Part shown: positions 50,192-63,700 of the stretch, one piece after another
Numbering within the stretch: the stretch's first letter is position 1
Layout: the number at the start of each line of letters is the position of its first letter
Position numbers and translations under genes: made by a program
Source: Dimorphilus gyrociliatus
Lineage: Eukaryota > Animalia > Annelida
Assembly (NCBI GenBank): GCA_904063045.1
Contig: CAJFCJ010000005.1
Span: 3,811,689 to 3,875,688 of the forward strand
Direction of reading: 5' to 3'
Length of the DNA: 64,000 nt
The notes under the pieces: generated by a model
The model's input: the letters and a program-made list of their open reading frames with translations, nothing else
Database searches by the model: none
What the model was told of the DNA's origin: nothing

Positions 50192-52915
50192 GATAAATAT
50201 TTTTCTTTCTAATTGAAAGGATAGCAGTTTGAAGTACTTAAATGAATAGGACACGACTTTAAAAGATCGCACACCTGTTTTTTTTTAGTAATCATTTATA
50301 TTATTTACACCAGACGGTATCTTCAAGCAATACCTTGCTTAAATGAAATTATGAACAATTCGCATGTCAAGTTAATATTTTAAAAAAATTTATTGAAACT
50401 ACCGTTTTAAGTGTTAAGATATTACTTTCTGTTATAACTTGCAACCCTCCATTTCAGTTTGCTCAAGGACAAATTTATGAAAGTTATAAATTAACTTAAA
50501 ACAGCCGTTGATTTTTAATGGTATTATGGAATGAAAACAACTTGTTATAATTAATTATAATGCAAATTCTGAGCTTTTAACAAAATTATATTTTGATATT
50601 TGTTAGACTTTTGAATTACAATTTACTGAAAGAAGGTTGATTTTTTCGAATTGTTCATTTTTTTTAAATAGTTATAATTCACACCACCAAGTTACCTAGC
50701 AGCAATAGAGAGCAAAAATACTTTTGTTGTAAAATTTGCTGCTTTCAACAGTTTATTGAACTTACCACCAAATTTGTGGAAGCCACCCCTTCCACCACCG
50801 CCTCCTCGTCTGTTAGGATATTAAATATTCATTATATCTGTCTGTCACTTCTCAAGCGATCCATTTCGTGCTTTGAATACGCTCAATTATACATTTATCA
50901 TACAATAATATACGCAATCATTTTTAATTATAACAAACCAAGAGTTCGTTAATAAAACGAAATAATTTGCGCGATAAACACGCAAAAACAACTACCATTC
51001 TCGAGGCGGTTGTTAAAAAAAACTAAGCAATGAAAAAAATGAAGAATCCTTGAAAGCTGTAAGTAATAGTAATATTAACTTTTTGTAGAAGCACACCATA
51101 ACACTGATGAAACTAAAATCACATCTAAACAAATTTCTTGTTTCAATTGAGTTTCTCGTAAGAAATACTGCAAGGTACTCTAAATCTGTAAAATGACTTC
51201 TTAATAATTTAGCATCGAGCTTAATACTGAAGAAATTTAATTACAGTTTAAAGTTTTTCAGACACACCAAAATGGTTGTTTTACAAACAAGTAAATATCC
51301 AATATCCTGTTTTATTTTTTCTTTGCTTACAAGACTTTTAAATACACCTCGATAGAAATTTTTGGGAAAAAATTATATACACCGCTATCCCGTTGTTTTC
51401 ATTTATTCACTACTTTTTTTAGCAATCATATAACCCAGGTAATTTATACGTTTATACTCCACATGACTAATAATTGAAAATTTGTTACTCTTTGAAAGTT
51501 TCCAAGTTACCCGAGAGGCGCGTGTTTCTCGCGAACCAATAAGAAACAGCTTTCTTTTTATAAGAAATTCTTATTTAAATTATTCAATAATAGTTTACCT
51601 GTTCATTTTTTCGGATACTGGCTATTTAAAAGTTTAAGAAAAAATAATAGACTTAAAAAAAGTTTCTTGATTTAATTATTCTTAGATTTTGTTAATCAAC
51701 GCTGCGAGCGATAGCCGAACATGCACACCTAACATTCTATAAGTAAAGTTGACTTACCCTCCGCCAAAACTACTTCCTCTTCCACCGCCGCCACCGGATG
51801 AATAATCTTTTCAAACATTTTTTTGTTGGTTATTATTCTTAAATAAATTTTGATATTGACTTACCTCTTCCGTTTCCGAATCCTCCGCCTCCACGGCCTC
51901 CGCCACCGCCACCTCTGTAACCGCCATTCCCTCCACGGCCACCTCCACGACCTCCGCTAAAGCCACCATCTGATGTGAGAAAAAAGATATGATTAGCAAT
52001 CGACGAAGAACTCTATACTTTACCTCTTCCACCTCCTCCAAAGCCTCCGCCTCCTCCACCGTTTCCGCCTCTTCCACCTCCTCGGCCACCGCCTCTATTT
52101 CCACCAAAGCTACCAGCACCTGAGCTGTACTGGAAACCGCCTGGAGGTTCACCATAACTACTACTACTACTCATTGCACCACCGCCGCCGCCACCTCCTC
52201 CTCCTCCGCCTCCTCCACCGTAACTACTGGCAGTTTGCCCGTAACTGCCTCCTCCGCCATAACCAGTTGGAGCAGGAGCAGCAGGAGCTTGGCCTCCATA
52301 GGGGCTGCCTCCATAACCTGCTGGGCCTGGTCCAGGACCTGGCGACTGACCAGTTGCTTGACCTTGAGCAACACTTCCATAGGCTGAGCCATAGGAATTT
52401 GGGTCTGCTGAACCGGAATACCCGCTGTATGCACTGAAAAGACAAATCATTCAATTCACAAGCTATTATGAGCAAAACCAAAAAGTACTATTAAAGTACT
52501 TTTGAGATTTTCAATTTTTTTTATATAGAATCACAGAGAACAATAGATACCTTTGCATGGGAGCTGGAGGGGCAGGTTGACCGGCTGTTGGTGGTAGGGA
52601 GTAGTCTCCGTAAGCCGCAGCTATCGAATATAAAATATATTTTGAAAATTATATATAATCAAATATTAATTATCAAAAAAGATTTCCTTTACATTTACTA
52701 AATTAGAATTGTAAAAGCTGATTTATGCATTTGAGATAGTTATTAACGGATAAAAAGATAAATGAATCGAATTTCTGAGAGAAAATCAAAATGAAGGGTC
52801 AGGTTCGACGCACACGTGAAAATTATAGGAGAAAAGGCGATTTATTAGAAGGAGGACGATTTAATTGAATACAACTTATTCTACAATTATTTAACAAACC
52901 TTGTTCAGATTGCAT
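48236..52915 (-). CDS. FUS: FET-family RNA-binding protein (FUS/EWSR1/TAF15; cabeza-like)
   Basis: Exons 52915-52900, 52620-52551, 52433-52024 (SYGQ-rich prion-like), 51969-51865, 51806-51758, 50809-50766, 49472-49339 and 49283-49091 (RRM: AVFISNLP...[10 protein letters not shown]), 49030-48716 (RanBP2 zinc finger [24 protein letters not shown]), 48435-48236 (RGG, PY-NLS RRDRPY*). The symbol denotes the family, not strict orthology. Confidence 0.95.
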
Positions 52916-52994
52916 CAATATTATTGTATGATTCCTTCTTTAATAGAGAAAAAGATTCTCGTATGCAACAAAGCCGACAAAATGGAGCTGAGTA

Positions 52995-53027
52995 CACTTC
53001 CGTTAAAATAATGCGCATGCGTGCGCA
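52995..53027. promoter_or_regulatory. Housekeeping-type promoter of the FET gene: ETS site plus tandem NRF1 sites
   Basis: CACTTCCG at 52995-53002 and TGCGCATGCGTGCGCA at 53012-53027, 80-110 bp upstream of the ATG. Confidence 0.55.
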
Positions 53028-55959
53028 TAACATTTAATGTTAAAATATTAAGTCCGCAGTTATTTAATTTGATATGACTTTTTGTATTTGCGAATAATCG
53101 GTATTTTAATAAATAAAAAGTTAGGGTAGCAGGTGTTACATTTAAAAAAAGTACAACTATTCTTTCGTATATATGTATGAATTTTTTTTGAATAAAAGTG
53201 ATGTTTTTAACCAGAGAAAAAATAATAATTTACAATTTAAAAATAGTGAAGGAAAAACTTGAGAACTATCTAGAACATTTAATGTATAAATAATAATTCT
53301 ATATAATTAAAGTATATGTATAAATATGATTCCATTATCAGTTTTAGAAGAAAATGATGATTCAGCTGTATTCTGTGAACATTTTGTATATGAAAATAAA
53401 AATGAAAGCTATGCAAAATGAATTTATAGTTCACTTTTTCTATCTCTTATTGTATTCCTTTGCAATTTTTGGTTAACATTTGAAAAGTAACTTTACATGT
53501 CGTACAATTCTATTGAAAATTAATTTTTAAACGTATTTTATACTCTCTAAACGATATAAATTCAATTGACATCATTGTTTTTCTGACAAAAACTTTACCG
53601 CCAAGGTTACGAATGAGTCATTAGTATGACAAATTTCTGGGAATTACAGAAAGGGAAAAGAGAACTTTTACCATAAAAAGTGAACTTTAAAATCTTAATT
53701 CTATTAAAAATGATAAAGTCTCCATGATAATTTCTTATAGGATTAAGAGAGAATTCGTTGACCTATTTATTTTTTTGGTGAATATTATAATGCCAGTTAA
53801 TCAAAAATGTTGGTGAAATATAAATTTTTTTGCTGATTTGAACAAATTAAACAAATATGACATTGTAGAAAGAATGAAATTATACATATCCGTAAGTTGT
53901 TATGTCTTATCTTAAAATGATTGAATTCTAGCGATAATAACCGCATTTATATCTTATAGTATATTGTTTAAAATGTATATAGTGCCTTTATTTCGCAGGT
54001 GTTCAGAACACAGAGGATGTGCTGGTGAATTATGAACAACAGTTCCTCATAAATATTTTGTCAATAGATACTTTTATTAGAACTTGGTAGTTGTATAATA
54101 CAGTACAGAAATACAGTATATAAGAGATACTAAATTAAAATGTCCAATATACGAAACAGTAGTTGTATGGCTTGTTGCAATTTTTCCATATATTTTGTAA
54201 TTTCAGAGAAATATTGATATTCTGTTTGATTTAATAATAATAAGTCTGTGGAAAAATCGTTACAGAATACATCATAAATTCCTTTTTAAGTTTATTGAAA
54301 AAAAAGAAGTAAACACTACTCGTATTAAAGATTTTGAAAGATGATAATTCTATCTCTTAACAAAAACATTTATCAAGAAAAAAAACAATTTTTAACCTGT
54401 GTATTCTTACTTTTAATGCTCTCATTATAAATTCTAATCATAAGAAAATATACTTATAATCTTCTTTGTCTTTTATTAAAAAGCCTATACTTGGCGTATG
54501 TCATCTTCTAGATACTTGCGTTGATTTTGATCCTTAAAGTAATCAATTGAGAATCTTGGAATTGAAAAAAAGAAAAACAACTTAAGGAAATACTTTACAT
54601 AAGCATACTTTTGTGTATGTGCGTGTTTATATGTCTATTTATCTTATTTCTATTCATATAACGATGTAAGCCTATTGTGGAAAGAATAATGATTTTTCAA
54701 CGAAAATATGTTTAAAAATTGTTTATAACTATGTGGTACATTTTTGAATTTACATTCATTTGACTATATCATTAAGGTAAAAAACTGTAGATCTAGAGAG
54801 CTAGTGAAAGGTGGAGACGTCTGCTTTACGTTTAGTTTGTGATGTTTTAAAAGCAGTACAAAAGAAGAGAATTGACGTATTAAGGAATAGAGTAATTGAG
54901 GCAATTCTACTTATTAATGATTTTTGTTTGACAGTCTATCAATCGAAAAAGGGTTAAAAAGTGCAAATTGACCCTTTCTATAGATGTTACGAGTCGAGTA
55001 ATCGATAGAAGAAAAAATCATTCACTCTACTTGAAATATAAAGAAAAAAAATAGCCTCCAATACAACAATTGACAAAATACTTTACTATAGGTCTTTTCC
55101 ATGATGAGAATGCTTTAAGGAGAAAGAATATCTTAACACGTAAATCGGTCATAGCTATATATAGATCGATTCCTTATGTAATACTTGGACAGGAAAAATA
55201 GGCATTTTACTTATATATATATATATATAGGATTATAATAAAGCCTATATATAGAAAGTCTTAGGAAAATCAAATTTACAAGAGTAAAGAAATTAGTACG
55301 GAAAAGTCAAATAAGTTAATCTATGAAAAATTTAATATACTATATATAATATAATATATTCAAATTTAAATAAAGAGAAGTATCGTTAACTGCCAATAGA
55401 CGGTCTGGAAGCTTATTCCAGGTTAGATATAAACAAGTGTAAACAAAAATCACTAGAAAACATTACGATATATAAATGCATATATATTTTATAGTAATTT
55501 CTTTGAATACAGTGAATTTTCCGGTTTTTAAAATAGATCCCTTCTAATTATAGATATTGCACAAACCTATATTTGTTTTTAATATATTGTATATTATCAT
55601 AGATTGGTACAAAGGTTGGAAAGAAAATTGATAATATTCTATGGAAAATCTTACTTTTGGCGTTTTTTTAAACACGATAGGCCTAGCCTCTGGAATGTTG
55701 TCAAGTATTTAATGTAATAAGTTAATTTCTCTAAAATATATATATATACATATAAATATATATGTATCGTAATGAATATTAATTGATAATATCTAACGTT
55801 GTTATATATAGTATATGAGCTTTAAAATATCTCCTACTATACTGTTGTTCTGTTGCTATAGTGTCTCCAAAACAACATGTCTAAACACTGAGTGGCGCTA
55901 TATAATATAGCTGCTAGTACGTTCATTCACTTAATATCTAGCGTGGTTGCTGCCTCAAA

Positions 55960-57214
55960 ATGTATTCAACATTGAACGGTAACAGCGATTTTTACCCCGA
56001 ATCTTATTTAGCTGAACATAAACTTAATAGTGATGGGGTTTATGATACTGATAGATACGTCTTAAGCTTTGACGAGGTAAATATAATTGCTATTATTATA
56101 TAGCCGTTTTCGTCGATTTTAATGTTGTTTTTGCTGTTTTAATAATTTTCATTCCTTTTTCCCCCTCTTTACCTTTTCTTCTCTCTCTTCTTCTTATATG
56201 ACTATTGCTACCAGCAATATTTATCTGGACACTTCTCCGTCTCTCTCTTTCTTATTCACAGTGCGGATTATTATTTATGCTTTATCGTTTTGTTCTAGAA
56301 GATATGATAACTAACGTTTTGATATTTTCTCCGCTTTGTTTTTGTCTTAGCAAAAAGATATTCCTATGTAGAAAGATTTTGCTTATGTCTTTCTTTCACT
56401 TTTATAGTCAAAGTTTAAAGAGGAAATGGAAAAATACCTGCCAAAGGACGAGCCAGTTGACCCCTTATCGATATCTCAAATCTTTGAACAAACAGAATGT
56501 TTGCAAACGCCTTCGCTCGATGGGAAAGCGAAGGTAATTTCAAAACAAGAATGGTCTTATCAAGATAATAACTGTCAATCAAACTGGCCAACTGTCAAGC
56601 AAGAACCTGCCGACGCTTGGACTCCTCCTAATATGCCATTAACGCCTCCAAATAGCCAACCGTCTTCTCCAACTCCCCTACATAAACATGTTCCCGTAAA
56701 GCAACCCCTTACTCCAGTTACAAATAGGCCTAGAAAGACTCACGCCGGCTGCACGACAATTAAATATAATAGAAAAACCAACTCTGATCTGGAAAAGAGA
56801 AGAATACATAGGTGCCATTATCCAGGTAAGAATCGTTTATTACGAAATGTTTGTTTCTCTATGTCTCTATGGCCTGTGTCGCCAAGGGAGCTGTAGTAAA
56901 CAATGACGTAAAATACAATTTTGCTATCAGCCTTTACTAAAGGATATCTCATAACTTTTTTAGGTTGCGGTAAAGCTTATACGAAAAGCTCACACTTGAA
57001 AGCTCATCAAAGACTTCATACAGGGGAAAAACCTTACAGATGTCATTTCACGGGTTGCAATTGTCGATTTGCCAGATCTGACGAATTGACCCGACATCAT
57101 CGAAAACATACCGGCTATAAACCTTTTAAGTGTTCTGCTTGTGGAAGGTCATTTGCACGATCAGACCATCTAGCCCTTCATCAAAAGAGGCATAGGCCGA
57201 AAAATACAGATTGA
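55960..57214 (+). CDS. KLF5: Kruppel-like factor, KLF5-like (three C2H2 fingers)
   Basis: Exons 55960-56076, 56408-56825, 56964-57214. [20 protein letters not shown] and [14 protein letters not shown]...RSDELTRH...RSDHLALH motifs match KLF5. TATA-like TATATAA near 55899. Confidence 0.92.
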
Positions 57215-57259
57215 CATTTTTAAATCTATATAGAAATATAAATTTCAAATACTACCTTT

Positions 57260-57261
57260 TA

Positions 57262-57319
<58 letters not shown>

Positions 57320-57344
57320 TATATATATATATATATATATATAT
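57260..57344. repeat. Long (TA)n microsatellite interrupted by CAG (TACAGTA at 57315-57321)
   Basis: Direct reading; lies just 3' of the KLF stop codon. Confidence 0.95.
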
Positions 57345-57457
57345 TCTATTTATATATTTATATGATATCTGTATACGATATATTTGATATTCATATATAA
57401 AATTCACTTTTGTGAATTTATATATGTCTTTTTTGTGTATATATGTACAGTATATTG

Positions 57458-57497
<40 letters not shown>

Positions 57498-58601
57498 GTA
57501 TAAATTTATATATATATATTATTTAAAAGAAGAGAAGGAGCAAATCGTCTGCCATTAGATATATAAAACTATACAAATATATATATATATATATACTGTT
57601 TACGTATATGTATATCAATGTTATTATGCGTTATCTTTTTCTACAGAATAAAACTTAAAATATTAGTACAATTTATAAACAGTATAGAATAAGGTTAGGA
57701 TGTTAATGTGGTTTATTATTTGATACTCGATTTTTATATAAGCAAATACGAATTGTATGGGAATATATATTTAGTACTTAAAAAAAAATATAAAGTCTGC
57801 TTCAAGACCAAAAAAATTTTTTTGGTTTAAAGATCTCTAGAAAAAAATCATTAATTTTAAACATCTGCTGGAACACAAACATGCTGTACAAAAACCATGT
57901 GCCATATTTATACCGGAAATACCGTCATCTGTATACTGCATATTTTTACTTGATTATAATGAATAGTTTATTCAATTATAATTATTGGGCGAGAGCGATT
58001 ATTGGTAACCTCAAACAGTTTAGATTCTTTTCACATGTCAAACGGTCTCTTTTAAGTCAAATCGTTTTATGTCGGGCGGATAGCTTTGTTTCTTTAACAG
58101 ATCAAAGAGACCGACATAACAAAGTTAAGAAAGGAATTTTTTTTTTTTTGCGGTGGGGTCTCCTACTGATGTGAAAGGCAATAATGCACATTTGAAAATA
58201 TATATTATATATATACTAATATATTAGTATATATAAGTATTTTTAAAATATTATCCAAATCTCGTGTTTATTCAAAAACTGTTATTTTAATTAAAAATTT
58301 AGATTGCCAGTATATATTTTCAAGTGTAGGTGTAATTGACTAATTATATAGAGGTACCTTCACTCTTTTAACCTTAAATAGAGTTTATTTTAAAAAACGT
58401 TTAAATTATAGAATTTCTATTTTTGACTATGTAGTGTATATGTGTAAATATTACTTTACATGTTTGTGTGCCTATAAGACTATATTTATATAATTTATAA
58501 ATACGAGAATATATATATAAATATTGATAAAGACAGTTACAGTATATCTAACAGAGCATTTTGATTAATGTTTTTTTCCATAAACAGTATTTTTTTTAGC
58601 T

Positions 58602-58602
<1 letters not shown>

Positions 58603-58644
<42 letters not shown>
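58603..58644. repeat. (CT)n microsatellite
   Basis: Direct reading. Confidence 0.95.
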
Positions 58645-58647
<3 letters not shown>

Positions 58648-59985
58648 TTTCTTTGCTTAAATGGTTTTTTCAAACTTGCTGAGGCCTGCTATAAAATTTA
58701 TTTCTTGAACTTTATCTATATATATATATATATATATGCAATCTCTTCCGGTTTTATTTACTGTTTATTCAAAAAAGAGAGTATAACTTCTCCATTCTAT
58801 GCGATATACTATATTAAAATATAGCGATTTTCTTTTATTTTGCATGTATTTTCGAGTACATTCTATATGGGTTTGAACAGTACATTCATTGAATTTTAAC
58901 GTCATTTTTTCAACATATCTAATTCTTGCCAAGGAAGAACATTATTATGTTTCGTGTAAGTTGATTTACCTCGAATTACTTAACGAAAGAGCCTCAAGCG
59001 TACCTTGAGCTATTATGCCTGAGTGAATACTAGTCTTGTAGGCGTTTTATATAGTTTTTTCTTTGAACCGTTTATTTTCTTGATACTTTGTAAAATACCC
59101 GATCTCTTCGTCATTTTAATCTTTGTTCTGAAACTTCCGTTTTCCAATACAGAACGAGGCGGGGATTTTCAAAGAAGACGAAATGAATGAATTTAATTGT
59201 AGTTAACCACAATTTCTTTTGCATTTAGTATATTTTCTGAACATCAAACGGATTTATTAATGGGGAATTATTGAAAATATTTTCAAATTTTCAAAACAAG
59301 ATAAACATGACGGCCTATATAACAGTTTCCTTCTTTCGAGCGCTAAGTATTTCAATACCCTCAAATATTTCGTTTATTTAATGAGTCTTATTTGACATAT
59401 TTTCAATAAAAGACGCATGTCGTTGAAGATGACAACTAACAGAATAATAATATTTTAACCTTTAATTGTGCTTTAGATCATTTTCTGACCTGTTTAGCCC
59501 CCACAAATATTTTAATAACTTGCAGGTGTAAAAATCACTTTATTCCATTCACTAGATGGAAATTGGGTGACCGAGCGCTCTTTTGAAACGCCACCTGCAG
59601 GGCGGATAAAGGGAAAAAATATGTATTATTATTTTTGGCGCAATATTTTTTATGTGAGAAGTAGGCTGAATGAGATGTCAAAATACAAGTTTAATCACCT
59701 TCATGTATAAATAATAAGGACAGGTTTTCGCGCTGGTTTCACATATTAAAAGGCCTAAGATCACCGTGAAAAGCACTTTGTTTAACAAAGAAGTCCGAGT
59801 ATGGATTACCATTGGGGCTGTTATAGATTTTTTTCACTGTCCTGACTGCATAGCTTTATTATTTATCGGGCTGTTAGCAACCGTTAAGAGCAGATAACTG
59901 GACGGATAAATTCGATATATGTAAATTTTCATAGGATAATTTATCGGAATTTTGGAATAAAATCTTTCAATTCAACAAAAAAAAC

Positions 59986-60751
59986 ATGCCGGTAGAAAAA
60001 AATCCTCTTCCAAATCCGTCTAAGAGGAAAGTCCGGCCGTCAACTGCACCATCCAATATACAAACTCATCCATCCTATCAGACTGGTTTGTATCATAATA
60101 CGGCTAGACCAGTAACAGCTGGCTTTGGTGATACTTCAAGACCTAGTTTGGCTGGTGGTTTGCGACCAAAGACGCAGGCTTCAGGACCAAGGCAGAATTG
60201 GAGATTGACGAAAAAAACTAATGAACAGGTTCTTGAAAAGTTTTCAATTTTTTTTTCAGGTGTTTTAACAAACAGAAAGACCTTAATTCAATTTTTCAAC
60301 TTAATTTTCATTTATAAAACAATTTTTAATAATTTTTAAGCCTAAATTATATTTAAAAATTAATTTGTTTTCATTTTTTCCTTTGCTTCCCTACCCCGTG
60401 AAACCACAACAGACGCAGACAGGCCAAAAAGCTCGTCGATTGACTGTAGGTGGCGTTGATGGTTAGTTTTTCTTGTTTTTTTATAAGCTAATAAGAGAAA
60501 CATTGTAAATCCTCACTGATTATTGAATAATTAAATATTTAAAACCAATAATATTAGTATTTATGGTAGTTTGATCTTGAATTCAACAGGTATTGCAAAT
60601 ACAAGTGCAGCTAACCGTCCACCTCACATTTTCGTCCAGACTGCAGACTTGCTTAGGGGCAGGGTTTGTATGATTTTATATATAAGGGAATAAAGTGAAA
60701 GATAGATGGTTAGATAGAGACAGACAGACAGACAGACAGATAGACAGATAG

Positions 60752-60787
<36 letters not shown>

Positions 60788-63700
60788 AGAAAGAAAGTAA
60801 GGGGAGAAGCAGCGGGATAAGGAAATGGAGAGATGGAAGAAAAAGGAAAAGGAAAAAATAGCGACAACCAAGTATAGTCCCTCTTATATAATTAAAGTGT
60901 CGCTGCAAACGAAAGCCGAAACCGTTAATCTTTAATTAATTTATAGGAAGACACGTATAGCTTTTTCATCACGCATTTCGTTTTCATTTATCTACTATGT
61001 CATGTGATCGCTCGTAACGTTGTTTTATAGGTTCATAAAAGTAATTAAATAGAAAGAAAAGGAAGATAAAGAGCGAGAAAAGAGAGAAATAAGAGCACAA
61101 AATTTAATATTTAGGAAAATGTTCAATTAATACCTTTATTGCTCATTCTTTTTCTTTCTTTATTACACTGTCTGTCGCTTGATTATTAATTAGGTTTTTC
61201 TGATGGCTGAATTGAGAATATAGCGCAATCTCGAGACCAGTTTTGAATTATAAGACGAAAGGCGGCCTGTAGAATTGTATTTGAAATCATATCGACTTAC
61301 CAAATTACTGTATTTAATTATTGGCGAATCGCACGTAATACAAGCTTTTTCCGCCCCTTGGTATTCGACGCACTTACTGCAAACACTCCGTATTCATTCA
61401 AAGGCAAAGAGTAGACCATTTGTTTACTTTACTTGATAAAGAGGCTACAAAATTGTTCTCAAGACTGCAAAAGAAAGTTTCAATCTCTTTGTGTCAATTT
61501 ATAGAAAGGAGTGAGAAAAATGCATGAATAAAATACAATGTTTCCGTTGCTATTTAGAAAGTGGATGGATACGATGCTATTAACATTTTTTCATTTTAAA
61601 TGAAGAACAAGAAAAGAGGAAACTTCTTTTCTGAATATTTATTGAAAACGATAGATTTTTTCTTGCCTTTTGAACGATATACAGTGCATATACGTTCAAG
61701 TAGTACGCTAGTACTTTGAATAAATGGATTAGCTCTTCGAACTAATCGTAGCTGTCATTCAAGCTGTCGCTATAAAATTCGATTTGGAATATGAACGAAG
61801 CCGACACATCAGCTCTGTACTTACTTGGGGATGTTGAATCGGAGAGTAATTATAGTAGCGACCAATCGGCTAGGGAATTAAGCATGTTCAACAACCAGGT
61901 AACACAGAAAGGCGATTTTTTTTAAATTGCAATTAAATAGTCTATTTTAAATATTCATTAAACCTCTTGAAAAAGTAAACACTGAGAGCAGGCCGAGTTT
62001 ATTCAGTCTTATCTCGGGCACTCGATTAGAATTTTAACGACTGTAGGCCTTTTGTTTTATGTTACTAATAACAAAATCTGAGATACGGTTACTAAGCGGC
62101 AGTGGTACAAAGAATTTATTAACTGCCCAAATAAGAGGAAAACTATGATGAATAAAACGAAATTTGACGGTCGTTTCTCGGCTCCGCCGTCTACGGATAA
62201 AAGAAGATCAAGATTGAACACATGGTCTAGTGGTTTCAATTCGGCAGATATCATTAATGCTAAATATTCGGAGGGGAGTCTCTTCGAATCTTCAGCAAGC
62301 TTTCGGTCATCTATTTTTGATGAAGACGAGGAGGATTGTACTGGCAGAAAGAGCAAATCCTCTTTCGTTCAGGGTGACACATCAGAGGTGAGAATATAAA
62401 AAGGGAAAACAATTGCAAAAGAAATAAATATAAACACGCCATCTGGTGAAAAATTTGATCTTTAATTATAACTCGATTCGTCAAGTTGAACAAAAGCGGA
62501 AGACGAATCTCTCTCTATTCCTTTTACATAGTTGGCTACTTTGCCCTTGATTATTGTATACATAAAATGGATAAGGCGAAGGAAAAAGAGAGGAAAGAGA
62601 AAGAGACAAGCAAAAAAAAAAAAGAATTAGAAATATAATCGAAGGGAAAAGGACTTGGAAGGCTGCAAAAACTATCGATCAAAAAGCAATAAGATTCTAA
62701 ATTGAACACGGGATGAAGGAGCGTATCAAAAATGGTTCCATATCAACTATAGATTTGATAGTGCTAATGGACGACTTAGCATCGTAATTAGTAAAAGAAT
62801 AATGTAAAAATTAATTGTCTTTAGCGTCAAGTGCATCGAATTGTTTATGGTTGACTTAAGATTTAATTAAGCGCGTAGACGTTAAACGTTACCCTCGAGA
62901 AACGCTCTCGAGGTCAAGAAAATCTATTCACTTTATTCTTTACTGCAGTTCAGAATGAACGAAATCAGAAAAAATTTATATAATTGGTTTTACAGAGACG
63001 GGGTTCTTCTTATTTTTTTTATATATATCTCAAGTTACACAACTCTTAAGGATTTTATTTATCCGCTCTTTTCGTATTTACAGATCGAAGAATTGATAAA
63101 CATTGAGACGCTTGAAAAACTCTCACAAACATTCCGAAGAGCTGATGAGGATGGATCTGGAGGCTTAGAACTCGATGAATTCAAAAAATTACTTAGAACT
63201 CAATTACATATCCCAACGAATAAAGAAGGTCAAATAGACGCTCTATTTCAAAAGATCGATTGGTCTTCAGAAGGAACAATATCATGGGATGAATTCTGCA
63301 CGTACATGCAATTGGAATATGCGGAGAAAGAAGATTCATACGTCAGAGGTAAGGAGGTATGCCTCCATTTACCAGCCAAAATAGTCAACAGTCCCCATAG
63401 AGAAGCAGTTGTCAGAGTTAGTGATACAACTGATGGAACGTTTATCGTATGCAGTCAGGATGGAAGCGTTAGTTTCTGGACATCTACATTAGAATTAAAA
63501 AGATCTCGCTCAGTAGTAGTAAGTGCCCCTTCTATTTATCTCCTTCTCTCTTTTTTTTTTGGGTAAAATAAGTTATTCGTTTCCCCAATAGCAATCAGAA
63601 AATCCCAGATCGAAACCGAAATGGATTACAGATTTTGTGATTATGAATCAATTTAACAAATTCCTTGTTGGAACCGGCGATAGGGAAATACAATTTTTCG

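Larger units (their letters stand above)
3336..57323. mobile_element. Dispersed TATA-C(A/T)G-TATA motifs, putative Tc1/mariner excision footprints (at least 22 copies; the span is first to last copy, not one element)
   Basis: 11-mer TATACWGTATA starts at 3336, 3534, 4286, 14730, 15039, 17676, 19025, 19648, 24003, 24014, 24387, 30705, 32131, 32140, 37112, 39148, 39155, 39174, 44527, 44919, 46666, 57313. Confidence 0.55.
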
